This document shows, in pieces, positions 1-13,290 of a DNA stretch of 64,000 bases. The notes below the pieces were generated by a model, which saw only the letters and a program-made list of their open reading frames with translations, made no database searches and had not been told where the DNA came from. How positions within the stretch are numbered: position 1 is the first letter of the stretch; each line of letters begins with the position of its first letter. Position numbers and translations under genes: made by a program. This stretch comes from Pavona decussata. Its lineage: Eukaryota. The stretch is from positions 2,170,001 to 2,234,000 of the forward strand of contig CDRNST010000002.1 of the NCBI GenBank assembly GCA_977016875.1, written 5' to 3'.

Positions 1-237
1 TAGACGCTACGTTGTATATTGTGCATTCGAATGTCCCTTTTGCTACCAATACATATTGCGGGCTCAGAACATGACCGCATGAGACCTCTGAAAATCCAAG
101 ATGGCGGATTCCGTTACTTGGACTTTTATTAATATTCATGTCCCCGGGTGATTTAAATTTAAAATGAGCGTCGACGAGGATTAGGAAAATTTATTTCAAA
201 TATTTGTGCGTGTACAACCGGGACCAAGGATGAGGTT

Positions 238-520
238 TTGGAATTCGCACGGGTCGTGGAAGAAAAATATGCCGACAAGAAGTTTTTTCGCACGTTGCCG
301 CTCCATGGCCACGTGGGATTACCGAGAGACAAATTGGCAATGTCCCTGGTACTAGAGGATATTCCTTTACGACAAGAAATAGCAGCCACTATCACTTCCG
401 CTGATGGAAACTGTCTTTTCAATGTTGTTTCGTTGGTTTTGGTAGGCGATGAGACGAAAATGAGTCTTGCGTTTGCTCGTGGCTGTTGAGCTCATTTTGA
501 ACTGTGAATTTTGAATAATT
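238..520 (+). pseudogene. OTU-like cysteine protease / Vertnin-like fragment, probably TE cargo
   Basis: The ORF contains SADGNCLFNVVSLVLVGDE, matching the OTU DGNCLF catalytic motif. After a frameshift it continues LRLLVAVELILN, as in Vertnin-like proteins. Confidence 0.6.
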
Positions 521-1565
521 TCCAAAAATAAAAATAATTACCATGTGATGAAATGTTGGTGATGTTCATTTTTTACTGTGACCAGAATTGTCGTTTGCTA
601 TTCTTCAGACATCAACAAAACCGTCAAGGCATTCCTAATGCTAGGAAAGCTTACGATTTGATATTGTCATCCATGATAGCGCATTTTCAATATTTTTTTT
701 TGGCGACCACTTTGGAATATTTAAGAGCCAAATGTCTCCTTAAGAAGAAAATTAATTTCGTGCCCTGTGTTGCTGTAATTTTCTTTACAAAAGATAAGCC
801 AATCAGAATCCATCTACTGTGTATACCCTACTTCGTCCATTAAGCCTATAGGTACCATAAAGGTGGGCTTATTGGAAAGTGATTTTGCTCCTTGTCGTTT
901 GGAATTTTTATTCACTTTCAGTTCTGACGTATGACACTTTCTGAACCATGGACGTATACATTTTGGCTTGACCGTGGTTCTCTTGATTCCTTTTTATTTG
1001 TGTTTGTAGTTCTTTCAATTTGTTGTTTTGTTGTGGAATATGTAACGTGAAAGCTTAAAGTGTGCACTGAAATCTAGATTTCTTACTTTCAACAGAGGAT
1101 GGAAGATTTTCCTGATCGCAAGACCTTCTACCACATGCTTGTCTGTTGGCTCCTTTTGGTTGACTTCATTTGAAGATGTAAAGTCCCCGGAAAAACTGCC
1201 ATCTAATGTTGACTGCCATGTATGGGATAAGGTGAGCTTTCTAGTGCTAAGGTGTCTAATTTAATTCAAATTTAACTTTGTTGTTGATGTTGAGACAGCA
1301 GTCTTGATCATTCAAACTGTTCTGACTTGCAACAGCCAAACTTGAATCCTTTTTGTTGATGTTAAATCCAGCTGCTGTGTATACAGTAAATTTTACTTAA
1401 TTGAAATTAAAAATTAAAGGTTTACTTTCCCTGTGGGCTGGGAGGAAGGGGGGGGGGGGGTGCTTAACAGCAGGGATGCGTAGTAGAGAGAGGGTGTTAT
1501 TAACCCATTAAAAGCCACATGATTCTTCAGTAGTTCACTAAACTTTCCATTGGGCATAAACAACA

Positions 1566-1740
1566 TTATATGATATGATATGATAATTTATTACTTATAT
1601 TGCGCCTTTTCTATACAATATTCAAAAGCGCATAATACACCATCATACACATGGAATACAAACAGACAACTTACTGGGTGAAACAAACAACACTCCTTTG
1701 ACCTAGAATAGTTGGAACTTCAGTTTTTTAAAATATAATA
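1566..1740 (-). mobile_element. 3' end of an L2/CR1-like LINE or SINE
   Basis: The minus strand reads gcgcttttgaatattgtatagaaaaggcgcaatataagtaataaa, a GCGC..GCGC stem-loop, followed by a short (ATATC)n tail. Confidence 0.35.
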
Positions 1741-1903
1741 CACTAGTTGCGAATTAACAATTTCTCAAAAAACAAATTTGACGGGAAAAAATGTTGACAA
1801 TTTGCACAGTAATTAATTTGATCCTGTTGTCATGTGGGCAAATTTGATCTGCTCTAGAGGAGTAGGATTTGTCTACAGTACCGCTCAAAAGTAAGTTACC
1901 ACC

Positions 1904-2020
1904 CTCTCGCGAGACGCGATTCTCGTCTCGCGATACGAGATTCTCGTCTCGCGATACGAGACTCTCGTCTCGCGATACGAGACTCTCGTCTCGAGAGACG
2001 AGAAACTCGTCTCGCGAGAG
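1904..2020. repeat. Left subterminal array of about 5 palindromic 21 bp units
   Basis: Unit is approximately tctcgtctcgcgatacgagat, near-palindromic around TCGCGA. Confidence 0.9.
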
Positions 2021-3635
2021 GGTGAAAAAACTGTAAGTACATTTACTTAGGCTTGACTTTTCTCGCAAGAGTTTCGCGAGAATATCAAGTTGAGTGTCGG
2101 TGTTGTTGATACGGCAGGACGCCCTTGTCACGCAGCAAGCTGAATTATGGAGTTCGGTCGCAAGCTTATCGATCGTGAACCAGGTTGCAAACAAAATCGA
2201 GCTTGCTTTGTTAAGCGACTTGATCCAGGACTTAATGTGTTTGTATATACACTGTACTTTGTGATTTATTACAGAGCGATTCAACGATGTAAGCGAACGA
2301 CGGCTGCAAAGATAAGCGCATTTATTCGGAGGTGGCACGTTGGGTTATCGGAGCTAATAAATTTGCAGAACCTAATAAAGCGTCTTCGTGTAGAAGAGAT
2401 TGTAAATGCTGTGTATGTTATTATATCTTTTATTCTCTCAGGGATTTAGAAAAAAAAAACAAACCCACAAACACATACACTTTATAGAGCTGGTGATGAC
2501 CAGTTAGACTGTTGCGGCCTCTGTTGTACGTGCGCTAGAGATTATTTGCGTATTACATAGGCGTGAAACAAATATACGAAAACTTACATGTGATTTGCAT
2601 TTAAAAAACCTATCTGTTACTTTTCAATAATAGGTTGTGGCCAAGGGTTGTGGCTAAAATGTAAGTGTCAATCGAGCGACGACTTTGCGGGTTATTGCTA
2701 ATCGTTAATAGGGATAAGTTTATAACATAAACATAAAAGGCAATCAACATAACAAATCTTCGGAAAAAAAGCTTCTTTCGCCGAGGGCAAATGTTGTAAT
2801 AAATATCTCCAAAGCCGCTTTGTTTTAGAAAAAATGTTCCTCGGTTGGCTTCGCTAAATCATGCAACCTGTAGCAAACTACGCTATTGATAAACAACACA
2901 CCTCTCCTTTAGCCAGCGAACGCAGACGTATTTCCGTAAGCGCGGCGCGGTAACCTTTGACATCTTGGCGTTGTCGATATGCAAATTCGGTGCACGATAA
3001 ACTGAAATCAATTCTGAACTAGAACTACGCATTTTACGCTAGCTCTTCAACAACGTTTCTATTTTCGATTTTCTTTATACACAACTTTGTTTTTTCTTGG
3101 CAGAAAAAGCCTTTGCAACCGCAAAGAAGTTCGATTCAATAGCGGTTTGCAAAGCACGATACATGTACAAAATTGTATGCAAATTCGAACCGCAGTGAAA
3201 TTGAAAAACATTGTAAGTGTCAGGGTTATTATTTCAAAAAACTGTTTAATAGATACAGGCACAGAACTTGACTTTAATAAGGCTGGGATTTTTTTATGTA
3301 GGAATTGTGTGTGCGGGAAAGTTTCAATTGCAAATTGATATGTCGGCGAGCTCGCTAAAACGAAACCTTCGAAGTGACGGAAGAAATAAATCATCTCTTA
3401 CACTGTGCGCGAATCGAAACCTTTGAACTGAATGAAGACAAAATTGTTTTGAATCACATAAGCTCTGATAATGCGAACTTACTTGTCGACGGAATCAACC
3501 ACCGTTGGCACAGGCCGTTTTAAAAACGGCATACAGTGTAAATAAAATCAACACAAGACAAGTGCGCGAGAAATTCAGTCATAAGTTCTTCTCGCGAGAA
3601 ACTCGGTAATATTCCAAAATTTCCGCTTCAGTGAT

Positions 3636-3742
3636 TCTCGCGAGACGAGACTCTCGTATCGCGAGACGAGGCTCTCGTCTCTTGATACGAGATTCTCGTC
3701 TCGCGATACGAGATTCTCGTCTCGCGAGAAACGAGACGAGAC
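3636..3742. repeat. Right subterminal array of about 5 palindromic 21 bp units
   Basis: Same unit as 1904-2020. Confidence 0.9.
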
Positions 3743-3770
3743 TGGTAACTTACTTTTGAGCGGTACTGTA

Positions 3771-4400
3771 CGTAAGATTACATGATTATGATACTGAGGA
3801 TCTCTTTGTTTGGCTTCAGTAAGGATGTCCCAAGGATTCACCAAATAAACATACCTCTTCAGCTCAAATAGTCGCTTTTGGGACAGAAACATTTTCTTTA
3901 TGTTTGGTATGTGAAAAAATCCTTGTGTCCATTGTTAACAAGAAATACCACACATCCCGTGGAACCACCAACATATTGTTTGATAGAATCAGGAATGCCA
4001 AATAGGATTTCATCTCTTGGACGGTTCTGGCTCTCCAATTTCAGACTCCTTCTACTTTGGCATTTATGTTAGTGAATTGAATGATTTCTTCAGTCAGTTT
4101 GTTGTCGAAGAAATGCATAAAGATATCAATCACCGTCAAAGAATCCTGCAAATCCATGGTCGGGTCAACTGGAACTGTGAATTCGTTGATTGGTGGTTTG
4201 AATCTTTCATTTCCCCATTCATTATTAGCTGGAAGATCAATGCCAAACCCTGCAAATTCTTCTTCATCACAGTCACTGTCCAAGAGCATTTTCAGTTCAT
4301 CATCGCTGCCTTCAGAAACGTTATTAGAGCTTTCTTCTTTATCAGAATTACTGCTTTCACTGCTGTTACTCTTGAAAGACATTTCAGAAGACATTTTAAA
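3771..4400 (-). pseudogene. piggyBac transposase N-terminal remnant (DDE_Tnp_1_7-like)
   Basis: Acidic N-terminus, then IDIFMHFFDNKLTEEIIQFTNINAK ... EMKSYLAFLIL ... SQKRLFELKRYVYL ... DP. Broken by frameshifts and ending at the TA-flanked element. Confidence 0.72.
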
Positions 4401-4541
4401 ATGTGGTTGTCGCGTGCGCCAATGAAATTTGACTTTCAAATGCAAAATACTCCAAAAAGGTGAGTGAAACTATGTGTTTCTCAAGGGAATGTGAAAATTC
4501 TTCCCCTCTAGGGACTATTGAACAATTCATTTTCCTCCTAT

Positions 4542-5122
4542 AGAGCGTATGCATGTGACGCCATAATTTCTTAAAATCCAAAACTAAAGAGCCTCCAAAG
4601 TTTTTATCGTCATCTGTCATAAGAGGCCGTATATTTATTACTGTTACAATTTTACAGCTCCATAGCATCCTTCGTTTGGAAATCAGCGCAGTTTGAATTT
4701 CACGGTTATGGAGTTGCGTGACAAAGAGCTACCATCAGCTTTGTTGAAAAATATATGCTTATCTTATTATTTTCAGCTTTTTAGAAGTTAGAACATTAGA
4801 GAAAGTGCTTATGTAAGTGGTTTTGGTGTTCAGTACTGCTAATCAGTCGCTAGATAGCCAAAGTAAGTTCCAGATGTTAACACTATTTTTTGGCCACCAT
4901 ATTGGTTTTCCACAGAGGTACACCAAGATGGCGGATCTATACTGGGCTCTGTAAATTTCTGCAAAACATTTCGACGTATATCTGACGTTGGGGGAGACGT
5001 ACAGGCCTAAAATTTGGAGAATTGTCTCCTTTAGTCATCCTCTATAATATCACAACTTCTCAACTTTTTCCACTAGATGGTTTTCAATTTATTTTTTTAC
5101 TGCGTGACAGTGCATACCCTCT
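4542..5122. mobile_element. Non-autonomous DNA element (MITE-like)
   Basis: Imperfect 12 bp TIR (agagcgtatgca / tgcataccctct). The internal sequence resembles a common coral repeat as I recall it. Confidence 0.45.
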
Positions 5123-8084
5123 TTTGGGCAATTATAAACTTGTCCCTGGCCTTCAAAACTAGCATGTCCATTTGGCCTGAAAACTGGCCACTGGTGGGAC
5201 AGTCTATTTTAGTCTTAACCGGTAAACCGTCCATCAGTGGTGAAAGGGTTTAACATTCCTGATTGAATAATAAATAAATAAACAGAACAAATGACATAAA
5301 ATTATTACAAAATAGCACAATGAGCATACAGTATTGTTCACTTCACTTCCTCTTTGGGTTTGTTCCAGTTTTACAACTTGTATGGCCTTGCTGTGTGTTT
5401 TACTGTTGAGGTGTCCTGACAATGCTGATGACTTTAACCTTCCTGAAGTCTCTGAGGAGAATTTCACCTGCTTATTCTAAGTAGAGTGGGCATCATGCTT
5501 CATGCACAGGATGCAATACACTCATTTGACCAAAACAGGCCACCAGTATCTGCTTGCTGTACAGTGAGCAATGTCAGTTTTTTCACAGCCATGTGTGATA
5601 GAGCAGTTTTTCGTTCCTCTTGTCCTTATTTGCCTCCTTCTGCCAGGAAATCTCTTCTCCACTGAACATGCAACCTGCATCACCCACATCATGATGATGA
5701 ATTCTTGATGATGATCTCCTCTCTGTGAAAAAGGTCTCCTAACATTTCTTTTGCTCTTGTTAGGGGTGGATTATTTAATCACTCTTTGTGTGCTACAGGG
5801 GAATCTTTGTTTTCACTTGTTACAACTGATGGTTTCTTCTACCAGGAAAATTTTCTCCATGTTACCTGCCGATGGGAAAGGCAACAGAGTATATTCATCA
5901 TTATCGGAGTCAGGAGTCGCCAATTCTTGGGGGCCATCAGACTGTGTGGGAGTTGCACCATAAGTAGAAGCATCTAATAGAGGAAGTTACTGTGTTAGGT
6001 TTCAAAACTGATTGATTGAATTGTATTTATACAGCAGATAATGTTGTCACAATTTATTTTTGCCTGTCAACCATTGTTTTTTGCTGAAGAAAGACTGCAT
6101 GGAAGGTTGTCCCTTTTGGCTCATGTTGGAGGATTACAATATGATTTTAACTTTCCTGTACTGCAAAACTGATATACTGGTTATATCAGCAAATGCATAT
6201 TTTTTGTTTGCCGTGAATTAACAACAGCCAAACATGGACTGGAAGTTTGCTCACCATCCCAAAACAAAGACGAGGCACTAGTGTTCCAAATACGACACAT
6301 AAGTCATGCCAACAAACAAAGTGGACGTGTTTTTGTCCGTTTGCCTGTGATCTCTTAAATATTAATGTATAGACAATGCTCCAATTAAACTTCACATCGA
6401 AACATTAACAGAAAACTCAAAGGTAAAGAAAAAAGCAAATATCACAAAATATTTTGCACTCGGATCTTTCACCGTGATTTTACTTCTGTTAAAAACGTCC
6501 TCACTACAATCCTGCATTGCGGATGTGATGGTGTATCCATAGCAACATCTGACATCACATGAAAAATCAGTTCTGGAGAATACCCATGTTGTCTGACTTT
6601 CTTGATGCTTAAGTTCTCTAATGTTGATAGTGACTGGAATCATTCAGACTATAGATAAACACAACATTGTGCAGTTCCAGAAAATATCCATACCCCCTCC
6701 CCACGGATGGTCAATGGAAATTCCGAGGGGGATGGGGGGTTAATGGACGGAAATTTCCGAGGGGTTGGGGGATGTTCCTATGAAGAATTTCTCCAGAGGG
6801 TAAGGAAATTCACGAAAAAATCGTAAGCGACACACAAAGTTGGCTGACAAGAATTTTCAGTCGCCACTATGGAAAATAATTATAATCCAGCACAAAAGGA
6901 GCGCAAACGATGAATCATTCTGGAAAAATACATTTTGGTAGAAGTGTTGTCTGGTTAATCCTTTTGATAAGCAAAAGTAACGCGTGACAGGTATTTTTAT
7001 GTGAAGTTTGACTTCGCGGCGCGATCAATCGGCCTCATACCATGCATGGCTGTGACTTCACAATCGTTTGAAGTTCGAGTTTTGAATTAAATAAAAGCCC
7101 TCTTTACTCGTATTGTAGCATCAAATGAGGAGATTAAAAGGTTTCTGAACAAAGCAGCTATTTTGATGAGCATGGCCTTCTTGTAGTTCCACGGGCTAGT
7201 TTGCGGTTGAAATCTATTTCTAACATTTCTTACACAACGAAATGTACAACGGCGTGCTGTGAGCGCTGTCGTGTTCAATGAATTTATTTCCCACAGAAAA
7301 TTATTTTACTGTGGCCACAAAACGTGTAATTTCTCCAATGCAATCTTTCACAAAATAGATTTCTGGAAGAAAGGGAAAAGATTTTGCAGAGATGAACATT
7401 GGAGTTAAAATTTGATCCGGTGGCACCAAATGCGAAACTTTCCCGATGTACGCAAATTTTGCTCAAGATTGAATTACGTTGGACGTGAGACAGCGACATT
7501 TATATTATAAAAACCTGACCTAAAACATTGAAAACACAAACTTCTTTTCTTTCTCGTATTCATTTCATTCAGGATCTCAGTGCCGAGACGTGAATCCACG
7601 GACTAATTAATTTTTAAGTTTTGAAAGGAGAACCGAGAACCTTTTGAAACTGTTCACAAAGGCGGCTTTCAATTCTTTGTGCATGCAGCCAGTTTTTGAC
7701 AGGGTTTTCAAAGTTCTTCAAAATTCTACTTGATAAATTAAAGTCCAGCATCGTATAATTATTCAATGTGCAACTTATATTCATAGTGGTTTCTTCCCGG
7801 TATTAAAATAGCAAACGTTTCTCTGCGGAGAACTCATAATGAAAATGGAATTTGCAAAGACCAGTCGTTTATAGGTGAAAAAGAAAAGTTGTAAAGTGAT
7901 AGAGATAACTTCTTAAGCGCTTGAGAAAGTTATAAACGTTAACTACGCAACAACAAAGAATTAAGCCGAGTGTTATTGACGTAAAAAATCGACCATTTAG
8001 AGTTCTTTCCAATTTTCCGGATATAATTTTAGCAAAAGGATAAACAAGTAAAATAGCGAAGTGTTGTAAACAGCTGAACTAGCG

Positions 8085-8417
8085 TTGAAGCGTTTTCAGT
8101 GAGTTAGCACTGGTGGTGGTGATCCACTAGAAAAAAAAATAGAGGGCTGGCTGGCTCAGAATCGAACCAATCAAGGCAGATTTGAGCTGGTAAGCGAGCG
8201 ATTTTCAGGCGGCTGCGATGGGATTTGTGAACCAGCAACCGACGGACAGTGAAGCGAGTTATTCACGCTTCGGCTGATCGTGATTTGAAGCAGCCAAGTC
8301 TATCCTTCGGGAATATTTTGGCCTTCGCAGTACAATGGTTCAATTCTAAGCCAGCCAGCCTTCTATTTTTTCTAGTGGATCACCACCACCAGCGCTAACT
8401 CGCTGAAAACTCTTCAA
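8085..8417. repeat. Inverted repeat with about 85 bp arms and a 165 bp spacer
   Basis: gagttagcactggtggtggtgatccactagaaaa...ggctggctggc pairs with gccagccagcc...tctagtggatcaccaccaccagcgctaactc. Confidence 0.82.
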
Positions 8418-8670
8418 AACGGCCTCAAACGCCGGGAAACAACAAAGAGTGCAACACAAGGCATGGCAGTTTTATTAACAGAACATTAAATTTTAGGTAT
8501 TTAAATCCAACCCCTAAAATTCCCGTATAAACCTTTGTTAATTGAATCTTGTAACATAACACCGCTCGAAGGCAAGGGTTAGGTTCGCGTACGTGTCATT
8601 TATTCCTCTTATTTTGTGCTTGGGCTACCTGTGGTTTTGTTCAGATATGTTTGTTTTTTGGGAGCACCTG

Positions 8671-8909
8671 GCTCCAGTTGTTCAAAGGCCGGATAAATTT
8701 ATCCTTTGGATAAGTCACTATCCGACAGTTTCAATCTGTGCAAATATTTCAGTATTTCTTCTTGTACAAGCGAATATGCACACTCCAACCACAGTTAAGT
8801 TTGGGAGGGTACTAAAACCTTGTTCAACATTTAACGTGAAGTATAGTTTAGACACTGAATAGCGTCTTATCCAGTGGATAAATTTATCCGGCCTTTGAAC
8901 AACTGGGAC
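8671..8909. mobile_element. MITE, PIF/Harbinger-like
   Basis: TIRs of about 38 bp (ccagttgttcaaaggccggataaatttatcc / ggataaatttatccggcctttgaacaactgg) with a CTG direct repeat on both sides. Confidence 0.8.
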
Positions 8910-9099
8910 CTGGAAAAGAGTGACTGCTGCATGCATTATTATGTAAGTAATGCTACTTGCCTGTAGTCAATTTCTTTGCTCAGTGCATATTTTGTGTTGC
9001 ATGTTTCAAGACAACAAAGTTATGGTTTGCAGGTTTATGTGGTGCAAAGAGCTTTGACTTGGTGCTCATGGAAGTGCAGAAGTCAATGCAGAAGTCAAT

Positions 9100-9983
9100 G
9101 GAGAAAAAATGGAAAAATCATCTGCAAGAAGAGGGAGACCAAGGAAAGTAAGTGAGTGCAGTGTGCAAAAGCTACTTTGTACGTACATCAAGAGAGATAC
9201 GAAGCAGCAATGTTCACATAGCCGTGAAAAACTTAATAGAAAAAACTGGACTACTTCCTTCAACCAGGAAGGTTAAAGATAATTGCAAGCCAGGAAAAGC
9301 TTAGCAAAAACGATTGAAAGCTAGACTTATGATTTGCCTGATAAATGAGAGGCAGAATGAGGAAAAATCCTGATTTCTGAACAAATGAGGTGGTGGTCTT
9401 TCTCAATGCATTCTCCTTTGTTCATTAGTATAACCTGCAGACTGGTGCATTCTGCAGATCTCGGAGATGGTGACAATAAGGAGGAGCCTTAAAGTTTACA
9501 TCAAAGGCGTTGAAGAACTTTGCAGGGGGCAGGTTCTTACATGTGCTTGTTGCCCTACGTATGCAAAGGGAGTCCTACTGATAGTTCCCCATGGGAAAAT
9601 GAGTGGGGATTTCTTTGTGCAGTTCATACACAAGTACTGCAACTTAGTGTTTGGACAAGCCGGGCAGAAAACAAATGGGAGAAGGTTATTTGTCATGGAC
9701 AATGATCCCTCGCAAGGTGTCTTTGAAGGCCCTTCAAGATATAGAAGCAAACTTTTAGAGATCCCTGCATGCTCACCTGATGTGGACTGCATCCCAGAAA
9801 TGGTATCTAGAGAAAGAGACAGTGCCTCTAAATATAACCAGAGAATCGTTTGGAGAATTTAAACAGTGAGTGTTAACAGCTTTTAATAACATTCCAGTTG
9901 CAGTAATAAATAACATCATTTAAAGCATGAGTAACAGAATAGAAGTAGTCCTAGCCTCTAGAGGCCAGGAAACCAAGTATTAG
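9100..9983 (+). pseudogene. Tc1/IS630-like transposase remnant
   Basis: N-terminal RGRPRK, then FVMDNDPSQ and IPACSPDVDCI (degenerate QDNDP and SPDLNPIE motifs). Frameshifted. Confidence 0.7.
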
Positions 9984-10511
9984 TGAAAAAAAGGAAAGTA
10001 ATACCTTTCCTTTTATTTTTGAACCTTTTAAACTTTTCAGTCACTTGAACATTAGGTAAAGTAAGTATACGGGTAGTTCTCTATACAAAAAGTGCTCATT
10101 GACTGTTAGAAGTTAGTAACCATAAAGGGTCGGTAACTGATATCATTATGGCTTGACACTGAAATTCTTGTGTTCACACCCAACATTGACAGACCATAGT
10201 TCCAAATAACAGTGATAAGAATTGGAGTATTACTCCTTGTTGTATTTGTGAAATTGCATGTTTCTAACTCACTTTAACATAACATAAACTAACAATGGTA
10301 ACTGATACACAGCACGTTCTTATTTTAATAACCCATGGTGGTCTTAATGATAGATGTTGCTTGACAATCAAGTGGGTATACATTTCTTACACAACATTAC
10401 TCGGTTATGTAAATAATCCTATAGGAAAAACAATGACTTGCTTTGAAAAAAACGATTTTGACCCCAATTTCACCCCTTTTAAGGACAAAAAAGTGGTTTA
10501 GTTGGTCTGAA

Positions 10512-10536
10512 GGTTCGAGTTATCGGGAGTCGACTG
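10512..10536. mobile_element. Orphan right terminus of a TA-flanked mariner/pogo-type MITE
   Basis: ggttcgagttatcgggagtcgactg followed by TA. No matching left end was seen. Confidence 0.4.
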
Positions 10537-11399
10537 TATTTCTCACATACTACACTAAAAGGTACACGAATAAAACCAATTTGAAGTTATTTTAGATAAT
10601 GGGCTAAGAAATGTGAGAAGGTGGATTTAGACTGTGAAGTGGAAACACCAAAAAAATGGGTTTTGTGGGTAAGAAATGTGGCCAAGAAATGTAAGCAATC
10701 CTTGACATCTGTATCCTTTTCAAGTAGTTTTGCAATCTGTAGGATTTTCAAAACTGGGCAAAACAGTGGCTGCTAGGTACTAACTGTGCTGCTCCTCGGT
10801 TGGTGTTTGATGCCAAAAGTGGAAGAATCACCACCTCATATTCCTCATTTGTGTGTTGGTTTTGTCAATTGAACCTCTCCTTTGATTGAAACTAAGAGGG
10901 TGGGCACCTCAGGTTGAAAAAAGTGGGTGTCCCTTTTAATTCTACATCATGGCTACTAATGTTTTGGCAGCCGGCAAATGGACTGTATCACCCTCAAGAG
11001 CTAGTAACAGATCTGTCCAGGCTATTATCTCAGGATGCCATCAGAAATCAATTAAATAAAAAATCTCATCACCTTTGCCTCCATCCACGCAAATGACGCG
11101 ATGGTGGGGTTGCAGAAAGTTTTTTAGAAAGCCTTAAGTGGAGACAAGTCAATGGACTTTTGACAATATGCTTGTGCCATGAATAAAATCATTTTGGTTT
11201 TTCCCTCTACCCTTAGCTAATGAGGTCTAAAATGCATTGCATGTTTGTCCATTTATTATTCCCAGCCTTGCTAATAACTGTGCAGCCACGCATTCCACTG
11301 CACGTCTTCTAAGAACTTAATGGAAAAATTATGTCTGATTTAATAGCAGAAACGAATCATGAAAAATTGAGTGTTTTTTTTAATTGAAGGAGTGGAAAG

Positions 11400-13290
11400 G
11401 TAACTGCTTTTTCATTGGTAGTGTTGAGGTTTAATGGATTTTCAAGGCAGTGACGAGTTGGATGACTGGTTGATTGTACAGTGTTAGGCAATGCTTTAGA
11501 GTTGTATCATTGGAACTTTGCAACATGATGCAGATGGTCCACTTTAAGTGGCAAGAAAAAAATCATCTGCAGCAATTTATACTCTTTGTACTCTCTAAGG
11601 TTGTTATCATCTGTACAGGCAATGGTGTTCCTGTTACGTGAGACTCATGTCATGGCCTTGGTTACTTGCTGTACTCCTAATATTTTACCAGTACATAGTT
11701 GCTGTGCCTGGGTTGTCTACTTCCGCTAACGGTTACTTGAAAGGTGCAATCTGTTTAACCCATTGACTCCCACACCGGGCAAAACCGGCCGTCCCTTGGG
11801 CATGCTCCGCGCTTGAAACTCGATACGTTCTCCCTCCCCTCCTGGGTTTTTTTTCGTATTGAAAAGGTCACAATAGCTAGTAGAATGATAAACCAATCAG
11901 AATCTGTCTTTTGCGCATATTTTAAGGCATTTTAGGGGGTAGGGGAAAGGATCCTTCTGAACATACCGCATGGAGCTGAGCAAAAGTACAAAATGGTGCC
12001 GTGCGTGAATCGGTCCTGAAGTTTCAAGACATGTTTTCTTCATCTTTTAAAGCAAGTACATCTTTTTTAAGCACACAATGGAAAGGAATAACCGTGAACA
12101 ATAATCTACCGTCAGAAAAGAGAACTTCGAGGCGTTAAAAAACAGCGAAAAGCCGTTTCGTGTTGTGATCTCTTCAATTTCCACGCTGCTACTGAAATAT
12201 GCCTCAAAAGTTAAAACCGAACCGCGGGCTTCAAACGGAGTTTATAAGACCAGGACAATGGTGACAACACGGTAAATGATGTTTTCCGATGTTGATTTGC
12301 TTTTTACAAATAGTTTAAGTGATGATTTGAACCAGAATTCTGTAACTTCTGTAATTTTCATCGCAAACATGCCCGAATTTACTGCTAGTGATGGCCTTGT
12401 ACAAACACGGAGCGTCTTCAAATTTTACATGCGTGTTTGCACGCACGCAAAAAAACTGAAAGTTTTTTGCCTCTAAAAGCAAATATATTGTTTATTTCAA
12501 TAAAAAGTTTTGTTGGAAAAGCTTTTTGTTGATTTTTGTGTCTTTGTCAATTCATATATTCGTTTGAGAAGCGACAGATGCGTAATCAAAGACAATTTGC
12601 ATAACCGGGTTGAAATTAGATATGCCAAAGGTCTTCGTCACCATGCCGTGAATTTTAGCAATTTTTTGGTTTGGCAAATGATTAATCAGTAACCATATTA
12701 TTTTACGTCGGAAAACATTTGTTTCATCATTCCAGTTTAATATGCAGTTAATTTTGGAAGCCAAGAATATTTATTTACCTACTGCGCAATTAACGAGTAA
12801 AACAGCTCTAGGAAAAAGGTAATTTATGCAAAAACTATGGAAAGACGACAGGAGTCAAAGGGTTAAATACAAATTTCTCATCCATTGCTGTGTTAAGGTA
12901 CCTCTTATTCTCATTGGCCTTTATTTTGAGATTCTGCAGCAGGTATGTTTTCTTGGTTTGCAATGAGTTGATGTAAGACTCATGGAGAAAAACTTTTATT
13001 GGGGTTTTTGGGTCGCTTATTGTAGTGTCCTGCCTTTTTGGCACTGCTTGGTGTAAAATGAGCACTGCTTTTATGCCTGATACATGGGTGATTTTCCCCT
13101 GGTAGAAGACTGGAGGTGTGCGCTTGATAAGAACCTTTAGTTTGCTGTATAGTTTTTACTTCCGAGTGTCTGTGGCGCAAAGCAAACAACCCTGATAGTC
13201 TCTTCCTTCTTCTGTAAAGTGCAATTAAAGTTTTCTACTGGATCCATTTGCTTTTGTTTACAGCTAAAAGAACATGTTTCATTGCACCTG
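11400..13290 (-). pseudogene. RPA70-like multi-OB-fold protein pseudogene, split by a TTAA element
   Basis: Fragments FNCTLQ..EETIRVVCFAP and ISDPKTPIKVFLHESYINSLQTKKTYLLQNLKIK..YLNT. Beyond the insertion come GKILGVQQVTKAMT, a degenerate Cys knuckle and KWTICIMLQ. Confidence 0.5.
11759..12862. mobile_element. Non-autonomous piggyBac-type element (1.1 kb)
   Basis: TTAA at 11755-58 and 12863-66. TIR cccattgactcc / ggagtcaaaggg (11/12 match). Confidence 0.82.

Larger units (their letters stand above)
1876..3768. mobile_element. Non-autonomous Tc1/mariner-type DNA transposon (1.9 kb)
   Basis: Perfect 26 bp TIRs (cagtaccgctcaaaagtaagttacca at 1876-1901, its reverse complement at 3743-3768) with TA on both sides (1874-75, 3769-70). 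No transposase is recognisable inside. Confidence 0.88.

Noticed and set aside
1904-2020. CRISPR-like palindromic repeats
   Set aside because: The units are directly adjacent with no unique spacers, there are no cas genes, and they lie inside a TIR element in eukaryotic DNA.
1754-2338. 194 aa ORF with SRDESLV repeats (also 3575-3892)
   Set aside because: It is a translation of the 21 bp repeats and crosses the element boundary.
5470-5760. piggyBac C-terminal Cys-rich domain
   Set aside because: Only a faint, heavily broken resemblance, so it cannot be supported.
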